A stretch of 64,000 nt of DNA from Gemmatimonadota bacterium (GTDB lineage: Bacteria; Gemmatimonadota; Gemmatimonadetes; Gemmatimonadales; Gemmatimonadaceae). Made by a program: the position numbers and the translations under genes. Where the stretch lies: positions 128,001 through 192,000 of the forward strand of contig JAZJZK010000005.1 in NCBI GenBank assembly GCA_040389905.1. Direction: 5' to 3'. A model generated the notes under the pieces. That model saw only the letters and a program-made list of their open reading frames with translations. It was not told where the DNA came from and did no database searches. Shown piece after piece: positions 1 through 9,900 of the stretch (the first letter of the stretch is position 1; each line of letters starts with the position of its first letter).

Positions 1-888
1 CTCGCGAACGCAATGACCGAGCTCAAGGCACTCAACGCCGAGTTGGCAGAGCGCCAGTCGGAGCTCGAGCGAGCCATGGCGGCGCGGAGCCGATTCTACG
101 CGTCGATGAGCCACGAGTTGCGCACGCCGATCAATGCGGTGCTGGGGTACAGCACGCTGCTGCTCGAAAACATCTACGGCCCGCTCAACGACAAACAGGT
201 CGAAGGCATCACGCGCACGCACAAAGCGGCGAAGCATCTGCTCGAGCTGGTCAACGATGTGCTGGATCTGTCGAAGATCGAAGCCGGCAAGATCGATCTG
301 CGCCTACAGCCCGTGGTATTCCCCGCGCTGATCGAGGACCTGTTCGTCACCGTTCGTCCGCTCGCCGACCAATTCGGCTCGATGCTGTCTCACGAGCACG
401 AGGGAGACCAGGTCAAGGTCATCAGCGACCCGCGGCGCGTGCGACAGATTCTCCTCAACCTGCTGTCGAACGCGATCAAGTTCGGACGCGGGCGACCAAT
501 CCTCCTGCGCTCGATTCCCACCGAGCACGGAGGGATAGTCATCGAGGTGATCGACGAAGGGGAGGGCATTGCCGAGGCAGACCGCGAAAAGATCTTCGAC
601 GAGTTCGTGCAGCTGGGTAAAACGCAGCTCACCGAAGGGACCGGGCTCGGCCTGCCGATCTCGCGGCGTCTCGCGGAGATGCTCAGTGGGCACTTGGAGA
701 TCGAGTCCGAAGTCGGTAAGGGCAGTACCTTCCGCCTCACGCTGCCAGAGACAGCGGAAGCGTACATGCCGCGGAGCTCACGTCAGGTCGACCAGGAAGT
801 CGTAGCCATGGCGCTCGATGAAAGACCGGAGCCGGCAAAGGATCGGAACGGGGCCGCTAGCGCTGCGGCCACGGTGAGTGAGCGATAG
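1..888 (+). CDS. Sensor histidine kinase, C-terminal part (HisKA + HATPase_c); 5' end lies outside the window
   Basis: H-box SMSHELRTP, N-box NLLSNAIKF, G1 DEGEGI, G2 GTGLGL; frame is open from base 1. Confidence 0.92.
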   Translation, partial: LANAMTELKALNAELAERQSELERAMAARSRFYASMSHELRTPINAVLGYSTLLLENIYGPLNDKQVEGITRTHKAAKHLLELVNDVLDLSKIEAGKIDLRLQPVVFPALIEDLFVTVRPLADQFGSMLSHEHEGDQVKVISDPRRVRQILLNLLSNAIKFGRGRPILLRSIPTEHGGIVIEVIDEGEGIAEADREKIFDEFVQLGKTQLTEGTGLGLPISRRLAEMLSGHLEIESEVGKGSTFRLTLPETAEAYMPRSSRQVDQEVVAMALDERPEPAKDRNGAASAAATVSER

Positions 889-934
889 CGCAGCTATTGC
901 TACTATGGCCCAGTTGGCGCGCTTTGCCATAGAC

Positions 935-1021
935 GTCATCCCGAGCGAAGTCGAGGGATCTGCACGTTCAGTCTGGGCTGAGGTGCAGCCCCCTCGACTC
1001 GCTTCGCTCGCTCGGGGTGAC
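935..1021. repeat. Palindromic REP/REPIN-like element, family A
   Basis: GTCATCCCGAGCGAAGTCGAGGGATCTGCAC...GTGCAGCCCCCTCGACTCGCTTCGCTCGCTCGGGGTGAC; similar copies at 29484, 37747 and 47776. Confidence 0.9.
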
Positions 1022-1053
1022 AAAGGTTGGAGCTGGCAGGTCAGCCCAATTAA

Positions 1054-2388
1054 TCAGAACTCGAAGCCTGCCGAGAAGTTGATGTGGTAGTTCGTGGCCG
1101 AACCCGCAGCGTACTTCGTGCTGATCCGCCGAATCTCTGCCCCGAACACAAGGGGGCCACTGGGACGGACCATCGCATAGCCGGCGCAGGCCTGATTCCG
1201 TAATCGTCCGCCAGCCGGAACATCCAACTCGCGTGGCATATCCGTTCCGCATCCTGCCCCGCCACGCGCCGTCGTCGATAGATCGACATTGAGCTGTGCC
1301 CAGCCACCCTTGTCGTCGAGTGGCGCCAAGCTCGCACCGACGTTCTGGCCAATCCCGCCACCACCGAGTCCTCGAAGCCCTCGGCCCGTAAATGCTTCGC
1401 CCTGCAGGTCTGCACGCGGGCCGAGCGTAAGTTTGGCATCGCATGCGAATGCATGCGTCCGAGCGCTGGGGTTGGACGGCGTCGTGAGCCATCCCACGTG
1501 GGCCCCGCAGCCGATCTCGCTCGGCATGTCCTCACCGCCAAATCGGGCGCGAACGCGGGATTCGAAGGCCGGTCGCCCAGAGCGTTCGGCGGGATCGACG
1601 TCGGTGTCGAATAACCCCACCGCGTCGCCATTGATGTTCGCCAGCATTGCACCCTGAATCCCGAGGCTGATGTCCCCCGCGGATTGGATGGTCGCGCGCA
1701 CTTGAGGGAGCCACAGCCACAGATTGCCAGCCGCCGCGAATGCCGGCGTGCCGATCGCGGCGGGGCTCACGGGATTCAGGCCAGAGACGAGTGGCATCTC
1801 CTGGCCGACGAGCAACTCGCCATGCGTCCACTTAACCGTACTCCGTGCCGTCCGAAGGCGCAGCAGCGGAAAGGTCCGCCCCCCGCTGCTCGGTTGCTGG
1901 CCGCCGAAGAAATCGACGTCGACGTCGCCCACGAAGTGGCCGCCAAGTACATCGCTGGCGGTGAGTACCGCGCCGAGTCGGGTCTGGCGAACAGTCAACG
2001 CCACAGGCGTCCCCGGTGCCGTCGCGGAAATGAGGGCGAACTGCGGATCGTCGGCGTTGTTCACACGCCCATCGTTCCGGAACGCATGCATGAGCACGCT
2101 GCCATTCAACTCGAGTTGCATACGGCTCCGAGTCGAGACGCCGGCAGATGCCTGATCGGCGACCTGCTGCTGAAGGACGGCGATCGCCTGTTCGGCTCTC
2201 CGGAGCCGCGCCGCAAGGGAGTCGGATGCGATGCGAGCAGAATCTGCGGCCGATGGGGTGCGCTGCGCGCCCAGCGGGGTAACACCAAGTCCGGCGGCGC
2301 CCAGAAACCAGATCATGGGCGCAACGCTTGACGCTAAGGGCCGTGTCAGCACACTGTTCAAGCGCGCCGCGGCGAAGAATGCGGTCAT
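1054..2388 (-). CDS. Outer-membrane beta-barrel/porin, DcaP-like (start may be 2316)
   Basis: Signal-peptide-like N-terminus, short coiled coil (LAARLRRAEQAIAVLQQQV), alternating beta-strand pattern, C-terminal FSAGFEF. Confidence 0.7.
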   Translation of the reverse strand: MTAFFAAARLNSVLTRPLASSVAPMIWFLGAAGLGVTPLGAQRTPSAADSARIASDSLAARLRRAEQAIAVLQQQVADQASAGVSTRSRMQLELNGSVLMHAFRNDGRVNNADDPQFALISATAPGTPVALTVRQTRLGAVLTASDVLGGHFVGDVDVDFFGGQQPSSGGRTFPLLRLRTARSTVKWTHGELLVGQEMPLVSGLNPVSPAAIGTPAFAAAGNLWLWLPQVRATIQSAGDISLGIQGAMLANINGDAVGLFDTDVDPAERSGRPAFESRVRARFGGEDMPSEIGCGAHVGWLTTPSNPSARTHAFACDAKLTLGPRADLQGEAFTGRGLRGLGGGGIGQNVGASLAPLDDKGGWAQLNVDLSTTARGGAGCGTDMPRELDVPAGGRLRNQACAGYAMVRPSGPLVFGAEIRRISTKYAAGSATNYHINFSAGFEF

Positions 2389-2412
2389 GTGGCTATTTGC
2401 AGGAGAAAAGGA

Positions 2413-3099
2413 ATGCAAAAACTCGCGATAGCTCGCCTCGTGGCGACACTGATGGTCCTCGGAGTTCCGGCGGTGCACGGACAAGGGGCGGTAACCGGAC
2501 AGGTGAACCTGCTCGAACGTCCGGGGGAGACGACAGAAGACCTCGCAGACGTCATCGTCTGGCTCGAGCCGACAGGCGCGACGAAGTCGCGTACGTCCGC
2601 GAGCACGACGACCATCCAGCTCCAGGGGCGCCAGTTTTCACCACGTGTCCGCGCCGTCACGGAAGGTAGCAAGGTCGAGTTTCCGAACCAAGATTCATTC
2701 AGCCACAACGTATTCTCGAAGCACCCGGATGGGGCGTTCGACACCGGCGTCTATGCCCGTGGACGGACGAAGGACCAGACCTTCAAGGAGTCGGGCATTT
2801 TTCCGATCTATTGCAATGTCCATCCGCGGATGACGGGCTACGTCGTCGTCCTCAAGACGCCATATTTTGCGCAGGCGAGCGATGACGGCCGTTTCAGTGT
2901 CGGCCGAGTACCGGCCGGCACGTATACAATGCACGTCTGGCACGACCGCGTGCCGATGGAGACGACGAAAGACGTGGTGGTGACTGCATCCGGGCTGGCG
3001 GTTGGTCGCGTAGAGATGGATGCGAAGGGCTATCGCTACGTCCAGCACAAGAACAAGTTCGGGCAGGAGTATACGAACGCCGCGGGCGATCGATACTAG
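2413..3099 (+). CDS. Secreted cupredoxin-like protein with a carboxypeptidase-regulatory-like C-terminal beta-sandwich ('methylamine utilization protein'-like)
   Basis: SD AGGAG at 2401; signal peptide; FSPRV, FPNQD, HNVFS and YCNVHPRM motifs (His...Cys-x2-His-x2-Met). Confidence 0.8.
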   Translation: MQKLAIARLVATLMVLGVPAVHGQGAVTGQVNLLERPGETTEDLADVIVWLEPTGATKSRTSASTTTIQLQGRQFSPRVRAVTEGSKVEFPNQDSFSHNVFSKHPDGAFDTGVYARGRTKDQTFKESGIFPIYCNVHPRMTGYVVVLKTPYFAQASDDGRFSVGRVPAGTYTMHVWHDRVPMETTKDVVVTASGLAVGRVEMDAKGYRYVQHKNKFGQEYTNAAGDRY

Positions 3100-3140
3100 C
3101 GGGCTTGTCGCTGGAACCACCTCACTTCGATCGGCACGAC

Positions 3141-5234
3141 ATGCCCCGGTTCGGCCTCTCACTCAAGATCTTCCTCGGCACCGCGGCAGTCGTCACCGCA
3201 GTGCTTGCGATCACGCTCTTCGTAACGTCCGCATCGGCACGATCGAATGCGGGCGACTCGATCGAGCGAGGCCTGAGGGAGACCAACGCTCGGGTCGCCG
3301 AGCAGCTCCGTTCGCGACAGAAGGAACTCGCCGGCAAGCTGCAGGTGTTCGCACAGAATCCCGTCGTCGTCCAGAACATCGTGAACGATTCGTCGGGGAA
3401 CAATGCGTTCGACCAGGCAGGCGTCGCGGTGGAAGCGAGCGGAGCGAAATGGGTGCAGGTGCTCGACGCCGCCGGGATCGTCCTTGCGAAGAGCGACGAC
3501 CGCTCGGCGAAGGGCCGCGATATTTCGCAGTCGCCGCTCGTCGTGAGCGCGCTCCAGGGGACCGCCGCCAGCGGGATGGGCGTATTCGGCGACACGACGA
3601 TCATACAGCTCGTGGCCATCCCGATGCTGAGTAACCTGAACAATGCGGTCAGCGCAGTCGGTGTGCTCCTGGCCGCGGAACAGATTGGCGATTCCCTGGC
3701 GTCTGCGATCGGCGCGACGACAGGCAGTCAGGTGGCGTTTTACGTCATCGATTCGACCGGTGCGCCGCGCATCGTCGGCTCATCGATCCCGGCCGCTGAG
3801 CGAAAGCCGCTGCAGGATGAGCTCTCGGCGAGGCTCAGGGACACCACGATGCGAGCCGCTCCGACTCCGGCCGCGCGGACTGACAGCGGACCTGCTGCGA
3901 AGAAGGACACGAGCGCGATGGGCAAAGCCAGCGCGCAAGGCTCCATCGACATCGGCGGCACGGCATACGTTGGACAAACGACGCCGATCTTCAGCGCCGG
4001 AGGGTCCGAGATCGGCGGTTTCCTCGCGATGCGGTCGCTCGATGCTGAACTCGCGGGATTCTACGATCTGCGACGCAAGTTGCTGCTCGCCGGGGCCGTG
4101 GGTCTGATCGTCGCGTTCCTGTTGTCCGGAGCGATCACCCGGCAGATCGTGCGGCCCGTAACGGCGCTCGTCATGGCCACACGCCGCGCAGCAGACGGCG
4201 ACTATGCAGCCGAAATCCCAGCGGGCGGCGGCGACGAAATCGGTACGCTCGCCGATGCCGTTCGGCGGCTGCTTGGCGATTTACGCGACAAGCAGGCGCT
4301 CGTGGATTTCCTCGGCGGCGGACGGGCAATGGCGACCGGAACGCTCGTTGGTGGCGATGGCGACGCGACGGCGTTGATGCCCGGCGTCGCGCCTCGCACC
4401 GGTGTGTTGATGCCGGGCCAGTCGCTGGGCGTTCGCTACGACATCAAGGCGACGCTCGGCGCGGGCGGGATGGGAATGGTCTATCGCGCCGTCGATCGCG
4501 AACTCCAGGAAGTCGTCGCCATCAAGACGCTCAAGCCCGAGATCCTCGCGGGTGACGACACCGCGCTCGAGCGTTTCAAGAGCGAGATCCGACTCGCCCG
4601 CAAGATCTCGCACCGCAACGTCGTGCGGACGCACGATCTCGGCGAGGCGAACGGGCTCTATTTCATCACGATGGAGTTCGTCGAAGGGACGTCGCTCAAG
4701 GATCTCGTGCGGGCACGCGGGCGGCTGCCCGTGCAGGTGCTCCTGCCCATCGCGAAGCAGCTCTGTCGAGCGCTCGAGGTCGCGCATGAGGCCGGCGTGA
4801 TCCATCGCGACATCAAGCCACAGAACATGGTGGTGGAGGGCGATGGCACGTTGAAGGTCATGGACTTCGGCATTGCGCGACTCGCATCGCGCGCGCCGCA
4901 ACAGGGATTGACGCAGGCGGGCATGGTCATTGGGACGCCGGAGTACATGGCGCCCGAGCAATTGCTCGGCGACGAACTCGATGCGCGCGCCGATATCTAC
5001 TCGGCCGGTGTCGTATTGTATGAGTGCCTGACCGGCAAAGTGCCGTTCGACGCTCCAACCCCGATTGCGCTCATCTCTCGGGTACTCGAAGAGACGCCAG
5101 TCGCTCCACATGCCGCGTTTGCCGACATTCCCCAGGTACTCAGCGCGCTCGTCATGCGCGCGATGTCACGCGACCGCGATGCGCGCCCAGCGACGGCGCA
5201 GTTGTTCCACGACGCGCTCGAACAGATTGGTTGA
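3141..5234 (+). CDS. Membrane Ser/Thr protein kinase (TM-Cache-like-TM-HAMP-Hanks kinase)
   Basis: LGAGGMGMVY, VAIK, HRDIKPQN, DFG, GTPEYMAPE; two hydrophobic helices; HAMP motif (RPVTAL...DEIGTLA). Confidence 0.92.
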   Translation: MPRFGLSLKIFLGTAAVVTAVLAITLFVTSASARSNAGDSIERGLRETNARVAEQLRSRQKELAGKLQVFAQNPVVVQNIVNDSSGNNAFDQAGVAVEASGAKWVQVLDAAGIVLAKSDDRSAKGRDISQSPLVVSALQGTAASGMGVFGDTTIIQLVAIPMLSNLNNAVSAVGVLLAAEQIGDSLASAIGATTGSQVAFYVIDSTGAPRIVGSSIPAAERKPLQDELSARLRDTTMRAAPTPAARTDSGPAAKKDTSAMGKASAQGSIDIGGTAYVGQTTPIFSAGGSEIGGFLAMRSLDAELAGFYDLRRKLLLAGAVGLIVAFLLSGAITRQIVRPVTALVMATRRAADGDYAAEIPAGGGDEIGTLADAVRRLLGDLRDKQALVDFLGGGRAMATGTLVGGDGDATALMPGVAPRTGVLMPGQSLGVRYDIKATLGAGGMGMVYRAVDRELQEVVAIKTLKPEILAGDDTALERFKSEIRLARKISHRNVVRTHDLGEANGLYFITMEFVEGTSLKDLVRARGRLPVQVLLPIAKQLCRALEVAHEAGVIHRDIKPQNMVVEGDGTLKVMDFGIARLASRAPQQGLTQAGMVIGTPEYMAPEQLLGDELDARADIYSAGVVLYECLTGKVPFDAPTPIALISRVLEETPVAPHAAFADIPQVLSALVMRAMSRDRDARPATAQLFHDALEQIG

Positions 5235-5269
5235 TGGCAAGCGTCTGGGCAGGCCGACTACGATGACGA

Positions 5270-6850
5270 ATGCCACGACGCGTTAGCGACAGCGCGGCCG
5301 CGGTCTCGACCCGAATGCCGGGTGGGCGAAAACACGCTGCATCGGACGTCGATGCCGCGCATGTTCTCGACCTGCTCGAAGTTGGCGTGATGATGCTGGG
5401 CCACGACCTTCGTGTGACGTACGCGAATGCGCGGTGGGAGTTATGGATTCCGCAGCCGCTGCTTCCGGAGGCCTCGTTCGAGGACCTGCTCGGCGACGGC
5501 GCCAGTGCGGTCATCGAGGAACTCCGCGGTGTCCTGGCTGACGGGGAGCCGCGGACTGTCCATTTGACGCTCCCGCCCGTGCGTGCGGATGCGCATGGTT
5601 GTCTACTCGACGCGCTCGTGCGCCGGGTGCCTGACGGACTCGTTCTCGAGGTCCGGTCCGATAGCGTCGAGGAACGCGCTGCGATGCACGATATCGCACG
5701 ACGCCTGGCGGAAGTCAGTGACATGGCTGAAGTCCTTCGGGCACTGTGCGACATCGCCATGCGCCAGTGCGGGGGGACAGGCGCGAGCGTGATGCGCGTG
5801 CTCGGAGAGCACGGAGAGGTGGTCGCGTCCGCGGGCGACATGGGGCCGGCATGGGGGCGCACGTTCGCGCTCGAAGGTTCGATGCTCCTTCAGGCGATCT
5901 CGGAGTCAGAGGTCATTCGCGAGGAGAACTACAGCCTGTCCAATCGGCCATTGGCACGCGCCGTTCCGGAACTGGCCGTCGGGCCCGTGCTGATGGCGCC
6001 GCTCAAGGCGCACGGAGAAACGCTCGGCGTGATTGCCGTGAGTCGCCCCGTTGGCGGTCGCGCCTTTCGTCCGCGAGACATCGAACGTCTTCGCGGCTTG
6101 GCGGATCACGCCGCGCTGGCCGTCCACAAGTCGCTCCTGCTCCTGCAAGCGCAAAGCGCCGATCGGGCAAAGGGACGCTTTCTCGCGACGATGAGCCACG
6201 AATTGCGAACGCCGCTCACCGCGCTCGCGGGCTACAATGAACTGCTCGCGGACGAAGTCATCGGGCCACTCAGCGCGCCGCAACTCGACATTCTCGAACG
6301 AATGCGGTCGGTTACGCTGCACCTCTCCGCGATGATCGAGGAGATTCTCTCGTTCACGAGCCTGGAAGAAGGTCGCGAGGTCGTGCGCCCCAGTGAGTTC
6401 CTGGTGGCCGACCTCGTTCGCGCGGCCGTCGCGATCGTGGAACCGATGGCCGAACAGAAGCGGATACGATTGGTCGCAAAGCTCTCGCAGAAGCCGGTCC
6501 GCATGACGAGCGATATCGAAAAGTCCCGGCAAATACTGGTCAACCTCATCGGCAACGCCGTGAAGTTCACCGATTCGGGAAATGTCACCGTTTCCTTGAG
6601 TACGGACGACTCGACCGTTCGCATCGATGTACAGGATACTGGTATCGGCATCCCCCCCGAGGAGCTGGCGCGTCTGTTCAAGCCGTTCGTCCAGGTGGAT
6701 GCCGGACTGACCCGCCGGCACGGCGGAACCGGACTCGGCCTGTACATCTCGCGCCGGCTTGCCACGCTACTGGGCGGTCGGATCGACGTGACCAGCACGG
6801 TGGGCGTCGGATCCACCTTCTCGGTGGTCCTGCCCACTCGAATCGGCTAG
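5270..6850 (+). CDS. PAS/GAF sensor histidine kinase (start uncertain)
   Basis: GAF motif APLKAHGETLGVI; MSHELRTP, NAVKFT, DTGIGI, GTGLGL. Confidence 0.9.
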   Translation: MPRRVSDSAAAVSTRMPGGRKHAASDVDAAHVLDLLEVGVMMLGHDLRVTYANARWELWIPQPLLPEASFEDLLGDGASAVIEELRGVLADGEPRTVHLTLPPVRADAHGCLLDALVRRVPDGLVLEVRSDSVEERAAMHDIARRLAEVSDMAEVLRALCDIAMRQCGGTGASVMRVLGEHGEVVASAGDMGPAWGRTFALEGSMLLQAISESEVIREENYSLSNRPLARAVPELAVGPVLMAPLKAHGETLGVIAVSRPVGGRAFRPRDIERLRGLADHAALAVHKSLLLLQAQSADRAKGRFLATMSHELRTPLTALAGYNELLADEVIGPLSAPQLDILERMRSVTLHLSAMIEEILSFTSLEEGREVVRPSEFLVADLVRAAVAIVEPMAEQKRIRLVAKLSQKPVRMTSDIEKSRQILVNLIGNAVKFTDSGNVTVSLSTDDSTVRIDVQDTGIGIPPEELARLFKPFVQVDAGLTRRHGGTGLGLYISRRLATLLGGRIDVTSTVGVGSTFSVVLPTRIG

Positions 6851-6918
6851 TCCCCGGCCGACTCAAGTATTGAAGCCACTCTGCCGATACCCCGAACCGT
6901 GTCTTCGACGATGGCTGC

Positions 6919-9900
6919 ATGAAGCCGGAAGAGCGGAATGTCGAGTTGGATCGTGGCGTCGATCGTGTTGCGAATCGGAAGAGACTCGGCGGCGGACGGT
7001 CGGCCAGCCAATCCATCGCGGCGCTGAGCGATGCCCTCTTCGCGGCGGAAAGAGTCTCTGACGTAACGCACCTGGCCGCTCCCGCACTCAGAACGGCCAC
7101 GGGAGCGCAGTTCGCGCTCCTGACGTTGGACGGCGTCGAATTTCACTTCGACGGCGATGACAGCAAGGGCGTGCGCTCCGTCGCCCTCGACCGGTTGTCC
7201 GCGGCGATTTCCGGCGACGCCGGCGACGTGATCTGGCGAAACGAGGCACAGTTCCTCCGCGACGCCGACCCCGACATTCGCGCCGAAATGGGTACCGCCT
7301 CGCTCGCGATTCTTCCATTTCGTCACAGTACGCGCGACACTGGCGCGATGGTGCTTGGTTTTCAGTACCGCACCGACTTCCCGTCGGAACAACAGGACTT
7401 CCTCCTCGCGGCGGCGACACTCGTCGGGCATGCCCACCAGTACGCGCGAATGCTCGAGCGGAAGCGGGCCGCGCTCGAGGCAATCAACTATCTGGAACGG
7501 GCGAGCCTGTTGCTCGGCAAGGGCACCGATCCAGCCATCGTGCTCGAGCAACTTGCCCGCCTCGCGCTGCCGAGGCTCGGCGATTACGCGATGATCGACC
7601 TCGTCAATGGAGACGGGTCGACTTCCCATGCAGGAGTAGCGCACCAGGATCCCGCCAAGGAGGGACTGCTTCAGGAGTATCGCAGACGCCATCCCGTGTC
7701 GATCGCGCCAACTGCACCGGCAGGCCGCGTGCTGATTACTGGGGAGCCTGAAGTCGTGCCGCGACTCGGCGCGGACGGCCTCGCGAAGTTGGCTGCGAAT
7801 CCAGAACAGCGCGCGATGCTCGAGCAGATCGGCCTATCAGGCTACATGGTCGTGCCGCTTCTGCACCTCGGCAATGCGGTTGGTACGATGGTGTTCGGAC
7901 TGACGACCTCGGACCGATCATTTTCGACGGCGGACGTTGCGCTTGCGGTCGCGGTCGGCGATCGGGTGAGCACGGTGCTGCACGGCATGGCGCTGGTGGA
8001 AGAATCGGAACGCACGCGCGTCGAGGTCGAGCGGGTGAATGCTCAACTGCGCGAACAAGCGGTCGAGCTCGAGGCGTCGAATCACCTGCTCCAGGAACAA
8101 GCCGTCGAGATGGAGCAGCAGACGGAGGAGGCCCGCGCGCTATCCGAAGAACTGGAGAATACGCTGGATGACCTTCGTCGGAGCGAGGGGCGCTTCAAGG
8201 CACTCGTCGATGCCAGTGCACAAGCGGTCTGGCGCAGTGATCCAGCGGGGCAGTTCGTGGAGGTCTCCGACGAGTGGAAAAAGCTCACCGGGGTTACGCC
8301 GACGCCAGAGGGTCAATCGGGCGCGAGCGCCGTGCATGCCGACGACCTGGAGCGAACGTTGACGGAGTGGCGTCGAGCCCTGGTGTCCGGAACGCCGTTC
8401 GAGATCGAGCACCGTCTCAGGCTCGCGAATGGTGATTTCCGCTGGTTCTTCGGGCGCGCGGTCCCGATCTACGATGACGACGGCGACAGGATTCGCGAGT
8501 GGGTTGGCATGCACACCGACGTGCATGAGCAGCACACGCTCTCGGACGAGCAACGTCTCTTGTTACTGGTCGGGAGCGCCGTTCAACAGAAGTACGAGCC
8601 TGACGCACTCGTGCAAACAGTGCTGGCGGCCCTCGCCGAGCACCTCGGCGTCGAGCAGGCGCGGCTCGTCGACGTCGACAGCGTCACCCGCGTCGCAACG
8701 TTGCGTGCCGCACACACGTTTCTGCGTGACGATGGACACCCAGCGCGCAACGCACCGCCGATCCGGCGCGTTGCGCTCTCGCATGTCACCACCGATATCG
8801 ACGCGCAGCTTCGTGGCGAGCCGTCGGTCGTCTCGAATGCGCGGACCGATCCACGCACGTCGCCGTACTACGAGCGGACCTTCGCGCCGACAGGGACGCT
8901 CTCGGAACTGTCCGTGCCGCTGCTGCGCGCTGGCAAGATGGTGGCTGCACTTGCGGTGGCGTCTGGTGTACCGCGAGAGTGGCTGCCGCGCGAGATCATC
9001 ATCGTACGACGGGTGGGTGACAAGCTGTGGTCCGCCTATGAAGCCGCATCAATGCTCAAGGAACTCGAGGCCAAGAACGCCGCGCTCGCGGCCAGCGAGG
9101 CACGGCTCGCGGGCGTCGTCGGGTCGGCAATGGATGCCATTCTGTCCGTGGATGCGGATGGGTTTGTCAGCGTGTTCAATGCGGCGGCCGAAGAGGTATT
9201 CGGCATTCGAGCCGAGAATGCGATGGGCATGCCGCTCAATCAGTTCATCCAATCGCGGCTTGCCGTCGCGAACCTGAGCGCCGATTTGCCCGGAGTGGAT
9301 GCGTTGTCGACGAGCGACATCGGGCATCCCACCGAGGTGGTGGGCTACCGTGCCGATGGCGGAACCTTCCCTGCGGAAGCCACCATCTCACAGGCCGCCG
9401 GCGATGCGGGACGCGCGCTCACGATCGTGCTCCGCGATGTCACCGCGCGTCGCGCACTCGAGGCACAGCTCCTCCAGGCGCAGAAAATGGAGGCCGTCGG
9501 GCGGCTCGCGGGCGGCGTGGCGCATGACTTCAACAACATCCTTACCGTCATTCGCGGCTGCGCGGATTTCCTGCGCGAGTCGATGCCGACAACCGACGAG
9601 CGCCGCGTCGATCTCGACGAGATGCTCGCCGCCACCGATCGCGCGACCACGCTGACACGACAGCTTCTCACGTTCAGCCGCAAGCAGGTGGTCCTCCCAC
9701 GCGTGCTCGACGTGAACATCGTGGTGCGCGGCATCGAGCCCATGCTCCGTCGCCTCATCGGCGAGGAGATCGAACTGGCCGTAATGCTGCAGGGGAATCG
9801 GCTGGCCGTCCGAGCAGATCTCGGCCAGCTCGAGCAAGTGATCATCAACCTCGCCGTGAATGCGCGCGACGCCATGGTGCAGGGCGGGGTACTCGGGATC

